From an uncultured Gemmatimonadales bacterium (GTDB taxonomy: Bacteria > Gemmatimonadota > Gemmatimonadetes > Gemmatimonadales > GWC2-71-9), in contig CAVSLV010000004.1 in the NCBI GenBank assembly GCA_963728915.1, positions 480,001 to 544,000 on the forward strand: a stretch of 64,000 bases of DNA. Direction: 5' to 3'. The notes beneath the pieces were generated by a model. The model was not told where the DNA came from. It worked only from the letters and a program-made list of their open reading frames with translations, and searched no databases. A program made the position numbers and the translations under genes. Of this stretch, positions 1-11,275 are shown in pieces (within the stretch, counting starts at the first letter, position 1; each line of letters begins with the position of its first letter).

Positions 1-370
1 CGGTGCGGGAGAGCGCCAGCTCGGGACGGACCTCGACCAGGAGATCGAACTCGACCGGCTGGCCTTCTTCGAATTTGAGATTGCGAACGGCGGGATCGGC
101 AATCGGCTTCAGCGACTCGGTGGTTTTCGCTTCCTCCCAGCCCTCCCGCACCACTTCCTCGATGACCCACTGACGGATCTCGTTCCCGAAGCGCTTCCGC
201 ACCACCGCCTCCGGCGCCTTGCCCTTCCGGAACCCGGGCAGCCGGGCCCGGCTGGCGTACTGGCGTACCGCCTTGGACTCCGCTTCGCGTACCCGCTCGA
301 CCGGTACGGTGACCCGCAGGGCCTTGGAGGCACTGTCCTCGGAAGTCTTGGTGATGGTGATGCCTGTCAT
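1..370 (-). CDS. tig: Trigger factor, N-terminal part (runs off window start)
   Basis: Manual translation from ATG at 370: MTGITITKTSEDSASKALRVTVP...RLPGFRKGKAP; GFRKGK ribosome-binding signature; tRNA-Leu lies upstream as is common for tig. Confidence 0.93.
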   Translation of the reverse strand, partial: MTGITITKTSEDSASKALRVTVPVERVREAESKAVRQYASRARLPGFRKGKAPEAVVRKRFGNEIRQWVIEEVVREGWEEAKTTESLKPIADPAVRNLKFEEGQPVEFDLLVEVRPELALSRT

Positions 371-380
371 GAGGGAAATA

Positions 381-449
381 TAGGGGTGAGGGGTGAGGTG
401 TGAGCCCTCGCACCTCACCCCTCACCCCTCACACCTCACCCCACCCCTA
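381..449. repeat. Heptamer tandem repeats (GGGTGAG / CTCACCC) arranged as an inverted-repeat hairpin
   Basis: taggggtgaggggtgaggtgtgag followed by ctcgcacctcacccctcacccctcacacctcacccc; lies between the stop of the small gene and the tig -10. Confidence 0.8.
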
Positions 450-719
450 TCGAAAGATCGACAGCACTCCCGTGGAGGTGCCGCTCAGCGCCCGGATGCC
501 GAACTTGACGAGTCCCGCGAGGAGCGGGACCCCGACCCCGGCGCCCAGCAGAAAGGCGTCCAGGGTGACGAGGCGTGGAGTCCAGGCATCCACCAGACGC
601 CGGCTCCGGGTGGCCACGAACACAGCGATGGCGGCGCCGTTGACGAGGACAAACAGGACGGCCGCGGTGCGGAAGAGAAACGTGCTGAGGCTGGTCAGGA
701 AGCCAATGACGGATTCCAT
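447..719 (-). CDS. Small membrane protein (90 aa, two hydrophobic segments)
   Basis: MESVIGFLTSLSTFLFRTAAVLFVLVNG...; ATG 719 preceded by TACCTT at 6 nt; the longer ORF start would overlap the tRNA. Confidence 0.65.
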   Translation of the reverse strand: MESVIGFLTSLSTFLFRTAAVLFVLVNGAAIAVFVATRSRRLVDAWTPRLVTLDAFLLGAGVGVPLLAGLVKFGIRALSGTSTGVLSIFR

Positions 720-782
720 CTTGTCAAGGTATCGTCTCCGGAGGGGAGCGCAATGGGAAGTTGCGAGTTGAGACGTGTGGCA

Positions 783-864
783 TGCGAACGCCGGGAGTCG
801 AACCCGGACGGGTTGCCCCACAGGATCCTAAGTCCTGCGCGTCTGCCAGTTCCGCCACGTCCGC
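783..864 (-). tRNA. tRNA-Leu (anticodon TAG)
   Basis: Reverse complement GCGGACG TG GCGGAACTGGCAGACGC G CAGGA CTTAGGA TCCTG TGGGGCAACCCGT CCGGG TTCGACT CCCGG CGTTCGC A: acceptor stem, D arm, anticodon arm, long variable arm and TTCGA T-loop; CCA not directly encoded. Confidence 0.95.
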
Positions 865-873
865 CTGTCCGCC

Positions 874-2454
874 CTACTTGATCGCCACCCTCACCACCCG
901 CTCCTGCGCCTGCGGGTTATAGACGATCAGGGTCACGATGCCGCCGGGGCCGGCGTTCCGCAGAGCGGTGCGCAGCTCCGATTCGGTACGCACCGGCTGG
1001 CCCTCGACCTTGAGGATCACGTCCGGGCTCCCACCCTCGGCGCCGACCAGCTTGTCGCTCGCCGGGCCGTCCTGATCGACCTCCTGCACCACCAGCCCGC
1101 GCACCCCGTTCGGAAGCTGAAGCTCCGAGGCGATCTGGGGCGTCACCGGCAGCACCTTGATGCCGAGGGGCTGAATGGAAGCCGTCGGAGACGGATCGTT
1201 GCGGTTCTTGCCTTCATCCGGGTTGGAGTCGTTCTGGCTGGTATCGGCTTCCGTGGTCGACGGAACGGTGGTGAGCCGGGCCGTCAGGATCTTCCGGATC
1301 CCGCCCTTGCGAGCCACTTCGACCCGAACCGTCTGGCCGGGGTGCTTGAACCCGACCACCTGCTGAAGCTGCGCGACGGTCTCGACCGCCTGGCCGTCGA
1401 TCCCGATGATGATGTCGCCCTGCTCGAGGCCCGCGGCCCTGGCCGGCGAATCATCGCTGGAGAACCGCTGCACCTTCACGCCTCTGATCTCGGGCAGGCC
1501 GACGTACTTCGCATCGTCCGCATTCGCCTCATCCACCAGCACGCCGAGCGCGGCGCGCTCCACTTTCCCGGTGCGGATCAGCTGATCCATCACGTTGCGG
1601 GCCAGGTCGATCGGGATGGCGAAGCCGTAGCCCTCGTTGTAGCCGGTCTCGCTGGCGATCGCCGAGTTGATGCCGATCACTTCACCCCGGACGTTGACCA
1701 GGGGACCGCCGGAGTTGCCGGGATTGATCGCCGCATCGGTCTGGATGAAATCCTGGATGCTCCGATCGGTGCGCCCCGGAAGTCCGGGAAGTCCGCGCCC
1801 CTTGGCGCTCACGATGCCCTGGGTGACGGTGAAGGTGAGCTGCGACCCCAGCGGGTTACCGATCGCCAGGACCCACTCCCCGATCCGGGTGTCGGCGCTC
1901 GACCCCAGGGAAGCCGGGGTCAGGTCCTTCGCATCGATCTTGATGACGGCGACGTCGGTGGTCGGATCGGTCCCGATCACCTTGGCCGGGAACGACCGCC
2001 GATCGAGCAGCTCGACCGTGACCTTCTCGGCGCCGTCGACCACGTGGTTGTTGGTCAGGATGTAGCCGTCCTCGGAAACGATGAACCCGGATCCCGATCC
2101 GCGCTGGATGACCGGCTCGCGGCTCCGCTGCTGGGGAAAGAACTGCTCGAAGCCCCGGGGGACCACCGTCGTCGCGACCCGCTGCTTTCGCTCCGAGGTG
2201 ATGAAGACGACGCTGGGCCGCACGTGCTCGGCGATCGAGGCGAACGCGTCGCTGAGATCCACCAGGGCCCGCGTCTCCGGAAGGTTCGCGGTGTTGCTGA
2301 CGTTGCGCTGCGACGCTCTGGCGTCGATCCGGCTCCCGCTCTGAGCGAGCGAGCTCCCGGGCAGATTGAGCAGCCCGGCAAAGAGGAGGCCCAGCGCGAA
2401 GGCCAGGCCGACCAGACCGGTGAACTTGAGCCAATTGAGTTTGCGTGCCGACAT
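874..2454 (-). CDS. Do/DegP (HtrA) family serine protease with two PDZ domains
   Basis: GSGFI, TNNHVV, DVAVIK, TDAAINPGNSGGPL motifs; N-terminal signal/anchor. Confidence 0.93.
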   Translation of the reverse strand: MSARKLNWLKFTGLVGLAFALGLLFAGLLNLPGSSLAQSGSRIDARASQRNVSNTANLPETRALVDLSDAFASIAEHVRPSVVFITSERKQRVATTVVPRGFEQFFPQQRSREPVIQRGSGSGFIVSEDGYILTNNHVVDGAEKVTVELLDRRSFPAKVIGTDPTTDVAVIKIDAKDLTPASLGSSADTRIGEWVLAIGNPLGSQLTFTVTQGIVSAKGRGLPGLPGRTDRSIQDFIQTDAAINPGNSGGPLVNVRGEVIGINSAIASETGYNEGYGFAIPIDLARNVMDQLIRTGKVERAALGVLVDEANADDAKYVGLPEIRGVKVQRFSSDDSPARAAGLEQGDIIIGIDGQAVETVAQLQQVVGFKHPGQTVRVEVARKGGIRKILTARLTTVPSTTEADTSQNDSNPDEGKNRNDPSPTASIQPLGIKVLPVTPQIASELQLPNGVRGLVVQEVDQDGPASDKLVGAEGGSPDVILKVEGQPVRTESELRTALRNAGPGGIVTLIVYNPQAQERVVRVAIK

Positions 2455-2549
2455 GGTGCTTTTCGACCTTCGTCAAAAGAGGAGTTCAGATTCAATATAC
2501 GTAGATGCGTACCGGTCGCTGAGGGTCGCGGGGCAAGGGGTTAGTCCCC

Positions 2550-4466
<1,917 letters not shown>

Positions 4467-4499
4467 TGCCTTGCCTTCGTTAAAGTCCGCCTTTCCCTG

Positions 4500-4516
4500 A
4501 GCAACGAGCATACCCC
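4500..4516 (-). promoter_or_regulatory. Candidate sigma54 (-24/-12) promoter for dnaK
   Basis: Minus strand GG-TATGCTCGTT-GC-T (GG-N10-GC with TTGC) about 35 nt upstream of the ATG; the embedded TATGCT could alternatively be a sigma70 -10. Confidence 0.4.
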
Positions 4517-4539
4517 CTTTTCCTGTCATTTTGGCGCAT

Positions 4540-4610
4540 TCGGAAGTCTGGAAGTCTGGAGGTCTGAAAAGGCATCCCGACTTTCCGACTTCCAGACCTT
4601 CAGACCTCCC
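4540..4610. repeat. Octamer tandem repeats (GGAAGTCT / AGACTTCC-like) forming an inverted repeat
   Basis: ggaagtctggaagtctggaggtctg ... cgactttccgacttccagaccttcagacctcc in the dnaK/PP2C divergent gap. Confidence 0.75.
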
Positions 4611-4645
4611 TCCCGACCCTCCAGCCGACGCAGTAAGTTCACCTC

Positions 4646-5539
4646 ATGTCGCAGACCCCGGCCCCCTCTCTTCCTGCCGGAGCAACCGTGCCGAAGCCCA
4701 GGGACGAAGACCTCGATTTCTTCGGGGTCACACACCTCGGGAAGGTCCGCAAGGACAATCAGGATCATTTTCTGGTGGCCACGCTGCACAAGACCATGCG
4801 GGTCCGGGTCTCCAGCTTGCCTAATCCAGAGCTGCTCGAGATGCCGAGCCAGCGGATCGCGTCGGTCGGCATGGTGTGCGACGGGGTCGGCGGCCATGCC
4901 GGTGGAGAGGATGCCAGCCGGTCCGCCGTGGAAGCGGTGACCAGCTACGTCACCAACGCGATGGAGTGTGTGCTTTCAGAATCGCGGGAGGGCAGTTCAG
5001 ACGTCTTTCTGGAATCCCTGCGGACCGCGGCTCAGAGCGCTCACGAGCTGATCGCCCGGAAAGCCCATGAGAGTGGGGACCGGAAGGGCATGGCGACCAC
5101 TCTGACGCTGTTGCTTGCGGTGTGGCCCGACGTGTACCTGCTCCAGGTGGGAGACAGCCGGGGCTATCGGTACCGTCAGGGGGTCCTGGAGCAGCTCACC
5201 CGGGATCAGACCATGGCGCAGGAGCTGCTCGCTTCGGGGGTCCTGACCCCGGAGCAGGCGGCCCGGAGTCCCTATTCGAATGTCCTGTCGAGCTCGCTGG
5301 GAGGATCCACCTGGTCGCCGGAAGTGAGCCGCAGCGATCTTCGCTACGGGGATGTTTTTCTGCTCTGCACCGACGGACTGACCCGCCACGTTTCCGATGA
5401 CCTCATTGCCGAGCGGCTGCACGGGCTCACGTCCTCCGAGGCGGCAGCTCGCGCTCTGCTCCAGGATGCCCTCGATGCCGGCGGGACCGATAACGTCACG
5501 GTGCTCGTCCTCCGGAACAAACTGGCTCCGACGATCTGA
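4646..5539 (+). CDS. PP2C-family Ser/Thr protein phosphatase
   Basis: G-x-VRKDNQD, VCDGVGG, QVGDSRGY, LCTDGL, GTDNVT motifs. Confidence 0.93.
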   Translation: MSQTPAPSLPAGATVPKPRDEDLDFFGVTHLGKVRKDNQDHFLVATLHKTMRVRVSSLPNPELLEMPSQRIASVGMVCDGVGGHAGGEDASRSAVEAVTSYVTNAMECVLSESREGSSDVFLESLRTAAQSAHELIARKAHESGDRKGMATTLTLLLAVWPDVYLLQVGDSRGYRYRQGVLEQLTRDQTMAQELLASGVLTPEQAARSPYSNVLSSSLGGSTWSPEVSRSDLRYGDVFLLCTDGLTRHVSDDLIAERLHGLTSSEAAARALLQDALDAGGTDNVTVLVLRNKLAPTI

Positions 5540-5550
5540 TCCTTACGCTT

Positions 5551-8271
5551 TCAGCCGAGCTCCAGCAAGCCGAAACCGGCGGGGTCCTGCCGGTCTCCCC
5601 GTAGATAGATCCACCCTTCCCCGCCGCTCCAGGCGAGCTGACCGGCCCGGCGGATTCTTCCTTCCTGCATCTCATTCACGAGCAGGTCGAACCGCAGGTC
5701 GCCGGCCCAGCTTCCGGTAATGATGGAATGCGCCAGTTTGACGGTGATTACGTATCCATCCGGGGTCGGCGCCCAGGTTCCCTCGATAGCCGGTTGCTCG
5801 GTTCCAAGAGGACGCAGGTGGAGTCGTCCTCCCTCCTGCGGCACGATCAGGGCTCCAGCGGTCTGCCCGTTGTGAGCGAGGTAGACCTGGATGCCGTCGG
5901 AGTTGATGTCGTCCGGCTCGTTATCCAGCTCGAGCGCCGGAGCGTCCTCGGGCCGGAACACCAGGTCCGGCTTGCGGACCTGGACCGCGAGATACAGGTC
6001 ATCGCCATCCCAGTTGATCCAGGCTTCCGCCGACAACCGCTCCGGGTCGTAGGGCTCCTCGCTCCTCCGGTACTGGTGCTCGCTGTCCAGGGCGAGGGGA
6101 GCGCCGAGGTCGAATCCGTCCAGTGAGCCATCGAGTGCGGGGGGAGCGTCGATGCGCCGGGCGGTGGCAACGACCTCCGTCTCGACCCGCTCCTGGAAGA
6201 GGGGCCGGTGCGGCTTCGGCGCGGGGCGCAGACCGGTGAGCGTCGTGCTCGCTCCCGCGGCGTCTACGGTGACGCCGTCCGGACCGAGCCGGTACCGGAC
6301 CGGCCCGCTCCGGGTATCGACCCGGATCGATTCCTGGTCCATCGCGATGCCGGTGACTGCGGCGGGATCGTCCCCGGGAACGAGCCCGATCACCGTGAGC
6401 CAGCGGGCGGTTTTCGCGGACGCGCGGAGGGCGACGAAGTCGCGAGGCTCCGTCTCGCCGGGAAGACCCGGCCCGGTCGCGCGGAGCAGCTCGGCGCCGG
6501 GTGCGAGGAAGAACGCCTGGAGCGAGCGTTGCGACCCGGGCTGGTGCACCCGAAAGGCGCGCACGCCATCACGGTTTCCGGTATCCCGCCTGGCGCGGGT
6601 GAGGAACCGGGCCTCGAGGGTCGCGGGCTCCCAGGCGCCCTGGGAGTCGATCTCGAGATCGCCCTGGAAATGCCAGGGAAGGATCAGCTCGCGGGGAGTC
6701 TCCTCCTGGAGCTCCACCAGGTCGACCAGGTGGCCGGGGCCGAGCAGGATCGTGCGGGTTAGGGAGCCCGCGCGGCCCCGCGCCCAGGCCCGGGGGGGAG
6801 CCTCCGCGAAGGCGGCGCACCAGGCCTCCGCGCCGCCCGCATTCACCCCGTCGAGCAGGGGGGCGTTGTGGGCCAGGGCGGAGCGATACCAGGCCAGGGT
6901 CTCCTGGACATAGGATCCGGTGCCCGGATCGGGAAGCCAGTGCACCCCGCCGGCGTGGAGGGTCAGGTGGAGGTGACTCGGATGGCCGTGTCCGGGCACC
7001 GTGGGTCCGCATTCCAGGCCGACGTATTGGTCCTCGTGACGGAGGATCGCCACGCCCTGATCCGGCAGCAACAAACTTCCCGGGGACCAGGGGAGCTCGC
7101 GCGGGGGCCCCAGCGGAATGGCCGGCGCCACCCACCAGGAGAGGTCGGTGCGCCCGCGCGAGTCGGGCTGGGGCATGCCCGCGTCGTGCAGCCAGGCGTC
7201 GTAGAGATCTCCGGTTTTCGGGGTGGGGAGCCGGTAGAGTGCGTTGAGCCAGGCCTCGAGCTCGTCGTCTTCTCCGAGGAGGACCCGCCCGATCTCCCAG
7301 AGCTCGAGCGAGGCGGGATGGGCGAGCGATACTCCGAATCGGGAATCGTGGCGCGCCGGGTAGCTGAAATCCGGCAGTGCCGAACGGGCGGGAGCAAGGA
7401 GCGCGGTGCGAAAGTGATCCCGCACCTCGGTGTCCTCGAGCAGGTCGAAGCCCAGGAGCCTGGCCCAGCGGATCCCCTGGATCAGGCCGCGGAGGGCGAA
7501 CAGGTGATAGTTCTCTCCCTCCCACCACATTCCGTCGGCGCCGAAGCCGTCGGCGAGGTGGCCCAGGAGACCGGTCCTCGATTCGACGGCATTGCCCATG
7601 AGCTCGGCGTCCTCGAACCACGCCGCGATTCCCGCCAGGGCGGCGGCATGCCAGGTCTGCCGGTTGGAGAAGCCTTCGTTGAACTCGCCGATCAGGTTGG
7701 CCGCCTCCTCGGCGATCCGGTTGACTCCTTCGATCCGCTCTTCTGAAAGCAGGCCACCCTGGCGCAGAATGCTCGCGGCGACCAGGAAGGAATTGACCCA
7801 GAGGGACTCGAGGTAGGTGGAAAAGAAAAGATGGGTGGGTCCCAGCACGTTGTCGCGGTTGGGGAGCTGGAAATAGAGCTCATCGTAACCCGCGAGCATC
7901 CGGTCCGCGCGCGCCGCGGGCGGCTCGTCTTCGCGGAGGGTGGCGAGCAGCGCCAGATCCGCCGCCCGCTCCGCGATCCAGAGGTGCTGGGCCCGGGCCC
8001 AGTGACGGTGGTGGCGCTCGCCGGACCACTCCCGGCCGCAGCGGGGGCAGCGGTGCCGTTCGGGGCTCCAGGGATCGAAGGCGAGGGGCGAATGGTCGTC
8101 CGGGCAGGTGCCGCCATCCCGGGACAGGAGCGCCTTGACCGCGGGGATCGGGGGGACCCGGGCGAGCAGGGGAGCGGCCCGGCGGTCGAGGGTCGCGACG
8201 TAGCGGGTTAGGTCCGGATTGCCCTCGCGCAGGGCCGCGCGGAGACCCTCGAGCTCGGCCTCCGTCAGCAT
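5551..8271 (-). CDS. Heparinase II/III-like protein with C-terminal CBM9/DOMON-like sugar-binding domain
   Basis: SNRQTWH, DGMWWEGENYH, GHGHPSHLH, PDPGTGSY, AHNAP motifs; C-terminal WDGDDLYLAVQV..DGIQVYL..FDLLVNE. Start trimmed to ATG 8271 because the ORF extension is antisense to the epimerase. Confidence 0.75.
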   Translation of the reverse strand: MLTEAELEGLRAALREGNPDLTRYVATLDRRAAPLLARVPPIPAVKALLSRDGGTCPDDHSPLAFDPWSPERHRCPRCGREWSGERHHRHWARAQHLWIAERAADLALLATLREDEPPAARADRMLAGYDELYFQLPNRDNVLGPTHLFFSTYLESLWVNSFLVAASILRQGGLLSEERIEGVNRIAEEAANLIGEFNEGFSNRQTWHAAALAGIAAWFEDAELMGNAVESRTGLLGHLADGFGADGMWWEGENYHLFALRGLIQGIRWARLLGFDLLEDTEVRDHFRTALLAPARSALPDFSYPARHDSRFGVSLAHPASLELWEIGRVLLGEDDELEAWLNALYRLPTPKTGDLYDAWLHDAGMPQPDSRGRTDLSWWVAPAIPLGPPRELPWSPGSLLLPDQGVAILRHEDQYVGLECGPTVPGHGHPSHLHLTLHAGGVHWLPDPGTGSYVQETLAWYRSALAHNAPLLDGVNAGGAEAWCAAFAEAPPRAWARGRAGSLTRTILLGPGHLVDLVELQEETPRELILPWHFQGDLEIDSQGAWEPATLEARFLTRARRDTGNRDGVRAFRVHQPGSQRSLQAFFLAPGAELLRATGPGLPGETEPRDFVALRASAKTARWLTVIGLVPGDDPAAVTGIAMDQESIRVDTRSGPVRYRLGPDGVTVDAAGASTTLTGLRPAPKPHRPLFQERVETEVVATARRIDAPPALDGSLDGFDLGAPLALDSEHQYRRSEEPYDPERLSAEAWINWDGDDLYLAVQVRKPDLVFRPEDAPALELDNEPDDINSDGIQVYLAHNGQTAGALIVPQEGGRLHLRPLGTEQPAIEGTWAPTPDGYVITVKLAHSIITGSWAGDLRFDLLVNEMQEGRIRRAGQLAWSGGEGWIYLRGDRQDPAGFGLLELG

Positions 8272-8319
8272 GGCGACGGGAGTAGTTTCCCCATGGCGGG
8301 GACAATAATCGGAGTCGGA

Positions 8320-9336
8320 ATGACGGACGAAGCCGCGCTGGAGGAGCTGCTGTCCCGCCCCACACCCGCGGTGGTCGAGGCGATGGGGACGCTTCCGGGC
8401 GACCTCCTGATCCTCGGAGCGGGCGGCAAGATGGGGCCGAGCCTGGCCCGGCTGGCCCGGCGTGGATCCCAGGAGGCGGGCGTCGAGCGCCGGGTCATCG
8501 CGGTGTCGCGGTTCGGGGAGCCGGAGCTCCGCGAGGCGCTGGACGCGGGCGGCATCGAGACCCTCGCCGCCGACCTGCTCGATCCCGGCGCGGTGGACCG
8601 GCTTCCCGATGCGCCCAATGTGATCTTCATGGCGGGGCAGAAGTTCGGCACGACCGACGATTCCGCGCGGACCTGGGCGATCAATGCCTTCCTGCCCGGC
8701 CTGATTGCGCGGCGCTTCGCGGCCAGCCGGATCGTCGCCTTCTCGACCGGGAACGTGTATCCGCTCTGGCCCCTGGAGAGCGAAGGGCCCACCGAGGCCG
8801 ACCCGACCGGTCCAATCGGTGAATACGCCGAGTCGACCCTGGCGCGGGAGCGGGTGCTCGAATTCCACGCCGACCGGAACGGCACGCGGATGACGATCCT
8901 CCGGCTCAACTACGCCATCGAGCCCCGTTACGGCGTTCTCCGCGATCTGGCCGATCGGGTGCGAACCGGCCGGCCGGTGGACCTCGGCATGGGCCGGGTG
9001 AACCTGATCTGGCAGCGCGACGCGAACGCCGTCGCGCTGGGCGCATTCGTCCATGGCGGCGTACCACCCTTCGTGCTGAACCTGACCGGGCGGCCGGCCC
9101 ATCGGGTGCGCTGGCTGGCCACCGAGCTGGGTCATCGGCTGGGGCGCGCGCCGCGGTTCGAGGGCAAGGAGCAGGACACCGCCCTCCTCAGTAACGCGGC
9201 GCAGATGGAGGCCCGGTTGGGCACGCCTCCGGTCGGGATCGAGGAGATGCTGGACCGGGTCGCCGAGTGGGTCAAAGCGGGCGGGCGATCGCTCGGCAAG
9301 CCGACCCGGTTCGAGGAGCGGAGTGGTCGCTTTTGA
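8320..9336 (+). CDS. NAD-dependent epimerase/dehydratase (extended SDR)
   Basis: ILGAGGKMG Rossmann motif, FSTGNVY, RLNYA; alternative start 8293. Confidence 0.85.
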   Translation: MTDEAALEELLSRPTPAVVEAMGTLPGDLLILGAGGKMGPSLARLARRGSQEAGVERRVIAVSRFGEPELREALDAGGIETLAADLLDPGAVDRLPDAPNVIFMAGQKFGTTDDSARTWAINAFLPGLIARRFAASRIVAFSTGNVYPLWPLESEGPTEADPTGPIGEYAESTLARERVLEFHADRNGTRMTILRLNYAIEPRYGVLRDLADRVRTGRPVDLGMGRVNLIWQRDANAVALGAFVHGGVPPFVLNLTGRPAHRVRWLATELGHRLGRAPRFEGKEQDTALLSNAAQMEARLGTPPVGIEEMLDRVAEWVKAGGRSLGKPTRFEERSGRF

Positions 9337-9352
9337 GGGGGAGAGAGCCGGG

Positions 9353-10435
9353 ATGACACGACCGTGGTGGCGGACCGCGTTGCGGCGGGGGATGGTGATT
9401 CCGGCCCATCCCCTGGCGCTCACTCCGGCCCGGAAGCTCGACGAGCGGCGGCAGGGCGCCCTAACCCGCTACTACCTCGATGCCGGCGCCGGGGGGCTCG
9501 CCGTGGGGGTCCACACCACCCAGTTCGAGATCCGGAATCCCAAGGTCGCCTTGCTGCAACCGGTGCTCGCGCTGGCCGCCGAAGTGGTCCGGGAGCGACA
9601 GCAGCGCTACCCCGGTCGCCGGCGGCCGGTCCTGATCGCCGGGATCATCGGGGGTACCGCCCAGGCGGTGCGGGAGGCGCGCCTCGCGCGGGAGCTTGGC
9701 TATCAGCTGGGCCTGCTCGGCCTGGGCGCCCTGGCCCGCGCGTCCGATGCCGAGCTGATCGAGCATGCCCGCATCGTGGGACGGGAGATCCCCCTGATGG
9801 GCTTCTACCTCCAGCCGGCCGTGGGGGGACGGCCGCTGGGCTACCGGTTCTGGCGGCGATTCGTCGAGCTACCGAGCGTGGCGGCGATCAAGATCGCCCC
9901 GTTCAATCGCTACGCCACGCTCGACGTGATCCGCGCGGTTGCCGATGCCGGCCGGGAGGGGGACCTCGCGCTCTACACCGGCAACGACGACAGCATCCTG
10001 ACGGATCTGCTCACCGTCGTTCCGGTCCAGCGCCCGGGCAGCCGCCGGGCTCGGCGGGTCAGGATGGTCGGGGGGCTGCTGGGTCACTGGGCCTACTGGA
10101 CCAGCCAGGCGGTGGCCCTGCTCCGGCGAACCCACCACCTGGTGCGAGACCGCCGCCTCGGGGGACGGGCGCCTGCCGGACTGCTTGGCCTGGGCGCCCA
10201 GATCACCGACGCCAATGGGGCGATCTTCGACGTGGCGAACGGATTCCGGGGTTGCATTCCGGGGATCCACGAGATCCTTCGCCGGCAGGGCCTGCTGCGG
10301 GGGCGCTGGTGTCTCGATCCCGAGGAGGAGCTTTCCCCCGGACAGGCCCGCGAAATCGACCGGGTGTGCGCCAGCTATCCCCATCTGGCCGATGACGGGT
10401 TCGTCCAGCGGCACCTGGACGACTGGTTACGGTGA
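9353..10435 (+). CDS. DapA/dihydrodipicolinate synthase-like class I aldolase
   Basis: VIPAHPLAL, GVHTTQF, GFYLQ, AIKIAPF (Schiff-base Lys), YTGNDD. Confidence 0.82.
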   Translation: MTRPWWRTALRRGMVIPAHPLALTPARKLDERRQGALTRYYLDAGAGGLAVGVHTTQFEIRNPKVALLQPVLALAAEVVRERQQRYPGRRRPVLIAGIIGGTAQAVREARLARELGYQLGLLGLGALARASDAELIEHARIVGREIPLMGFYLQPAVGGRPLGYRFWRRFVELPSVAAIKIAPFNRYATLDVIRAVADAGREGDLALYTGNDDSILTDLLTVVPVQRPGSRRARRVRMVGGLLGHWAYWTSQAVALLRRTHHLVRDRRLGGRAPAGLLGLGAQITDANGAIFDVANGFRGCIPGIHEILRRQGLLRGRWCLDPEEELSPGQAREIDRVCASYPHLADDGFVQRHLDDWLR

Positions 10436-10436
10436 G

Positions 10437-10508
10437 GTCGCAGGGTCGGAGGGTCGGAGGGTCGGAGGGTTGGGGGGTCAGGGGGTCGGGGGGTCAGGGG
10501 GTCGGGTT
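10437..10508. repeat. Octamer tandem repeat (GGTCGGAG-like, about 8 degenerate copies) between convergent genes
   Basis: gtcgcagggtcggagggtcggagggtcggagggttggggggtcagggggtcggggggtcagggggtcggg. Confidence 0.8.
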
Positions 10509-11273
10509 CAGGAAGGCCGCCAGGTTCTCGTGCTCCACCCGGTTCCTCCCTTCGGGTGAAAGGTCGAGGAGATCGAGCTTGGCGACGCTGGTTTCCGGCA
10601 GCCGAAGCGGCATGCCGGTGCCGAAGGTGAAGCGTTCGAGGCCGACGGTGCCCAGCAGCAGCTCCAGGTGATCCTCGGGCGGTCCCCAGATCCAGCTGAT
10701 GTCCCATAACACGCGCCGGGCTTCCGGCGGGGTCGAGCCGAAGTGGACCTGCTCGATCAGCTCGCGGTCGGCGTGGGTGACGATGAGCCGGATGCGCGAA
10801 TCGGAGCGAAGCAGAGTCCGGATGCCCGCCGGATCCAGATCCGGCGTCCCGTCAGTGGGGTGTCGTTGTCTCCCGTCCTCGAGGCGCACCGCCAGCACGA
10901 GGGGCAACCCGGCTTCGGCGCAGGCGGCGGCGAGCTCGCGCATCTCGGCGCCCGCGGTGGCCAGGCCGTAGAAGGCGGGATCCGCGCGCACCGCGGGGAC
11001 CCCGCGGTCGCGGGCTTCCCGGAGGACCAGCTCCCACCCGGGCATGCCGGGATGCACCGCGGCCACGGCGCGGAAGCGCGGCTGCCGCGTCGCCCACTCG
11101 TAGAGCACCGGGTTCCCTGCGGCGGGGTCCTTCCAGAACACCGCCGAGAGATTCGAAATCCAGGCCTGCTCGATGCCGACCCGGTCCATGGCTTCGAGCA
11201 GGGCCGGTGGCGCCCCACCGGTGATCCGCCGGAACGGATAGTGACCCAGAAAAACATTGACATCCACCGGCAT
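10494..11273 (-). CDS. Amidohydrolase-fold protein lacking the N-terminal HxH metal motif
   Basis: MPVDVNVFLGHYPF..., LIVTHA, WDISW, ERFTFGTGMP; starts 2 nt after the upstream amidohydrolase stop. Confidence 0.75.
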   Translation of the reverse strand: MPVDVNVFLGHYPFRRITGGAPPALLEAMDRVGIEQAWISNLSAVFWKDPAAGNPVLYEWATRQPRFRAVAAVHPGMPGWELVLREARDRGVPAVRADPAFYGLATAGAEMRELAAACAEAGLPLVLAVRLEDGRQRHPTDGTPDLDPAGIRTLLRSDSRIRLIVTHADRELIEQVHFGSTPPEARRVLWDISWIWGPPEDHLELLLGTVGLERFTFGTGMPLRLPETSVAKLDLLDLSPEGRNRVEHENLAAFLNPTP

Positions 11274-11275
11274 GG

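Noticed and set aside
447..864. tRNA-Leu as an integration site of an island
   Set aside because: No integrase and no duplicated tRNA 3' end noticed in the window.
8272..9423. N-terminal 380 aa of the 1290-aa ORF
   Set aside because: Antisense shadow of the epimerase; the recognisable protein begins near ATG 8271.
9353..10435. dapA (lysine biosynthesis)
   Set aside because: GVHTTQF instead of GTTGE, and a catabolic-looking context.
10437..10508. CRISPR array (also the other short repeats)
   Set aside because: Units are 7-9 bp without unique spacers; no cas genes.
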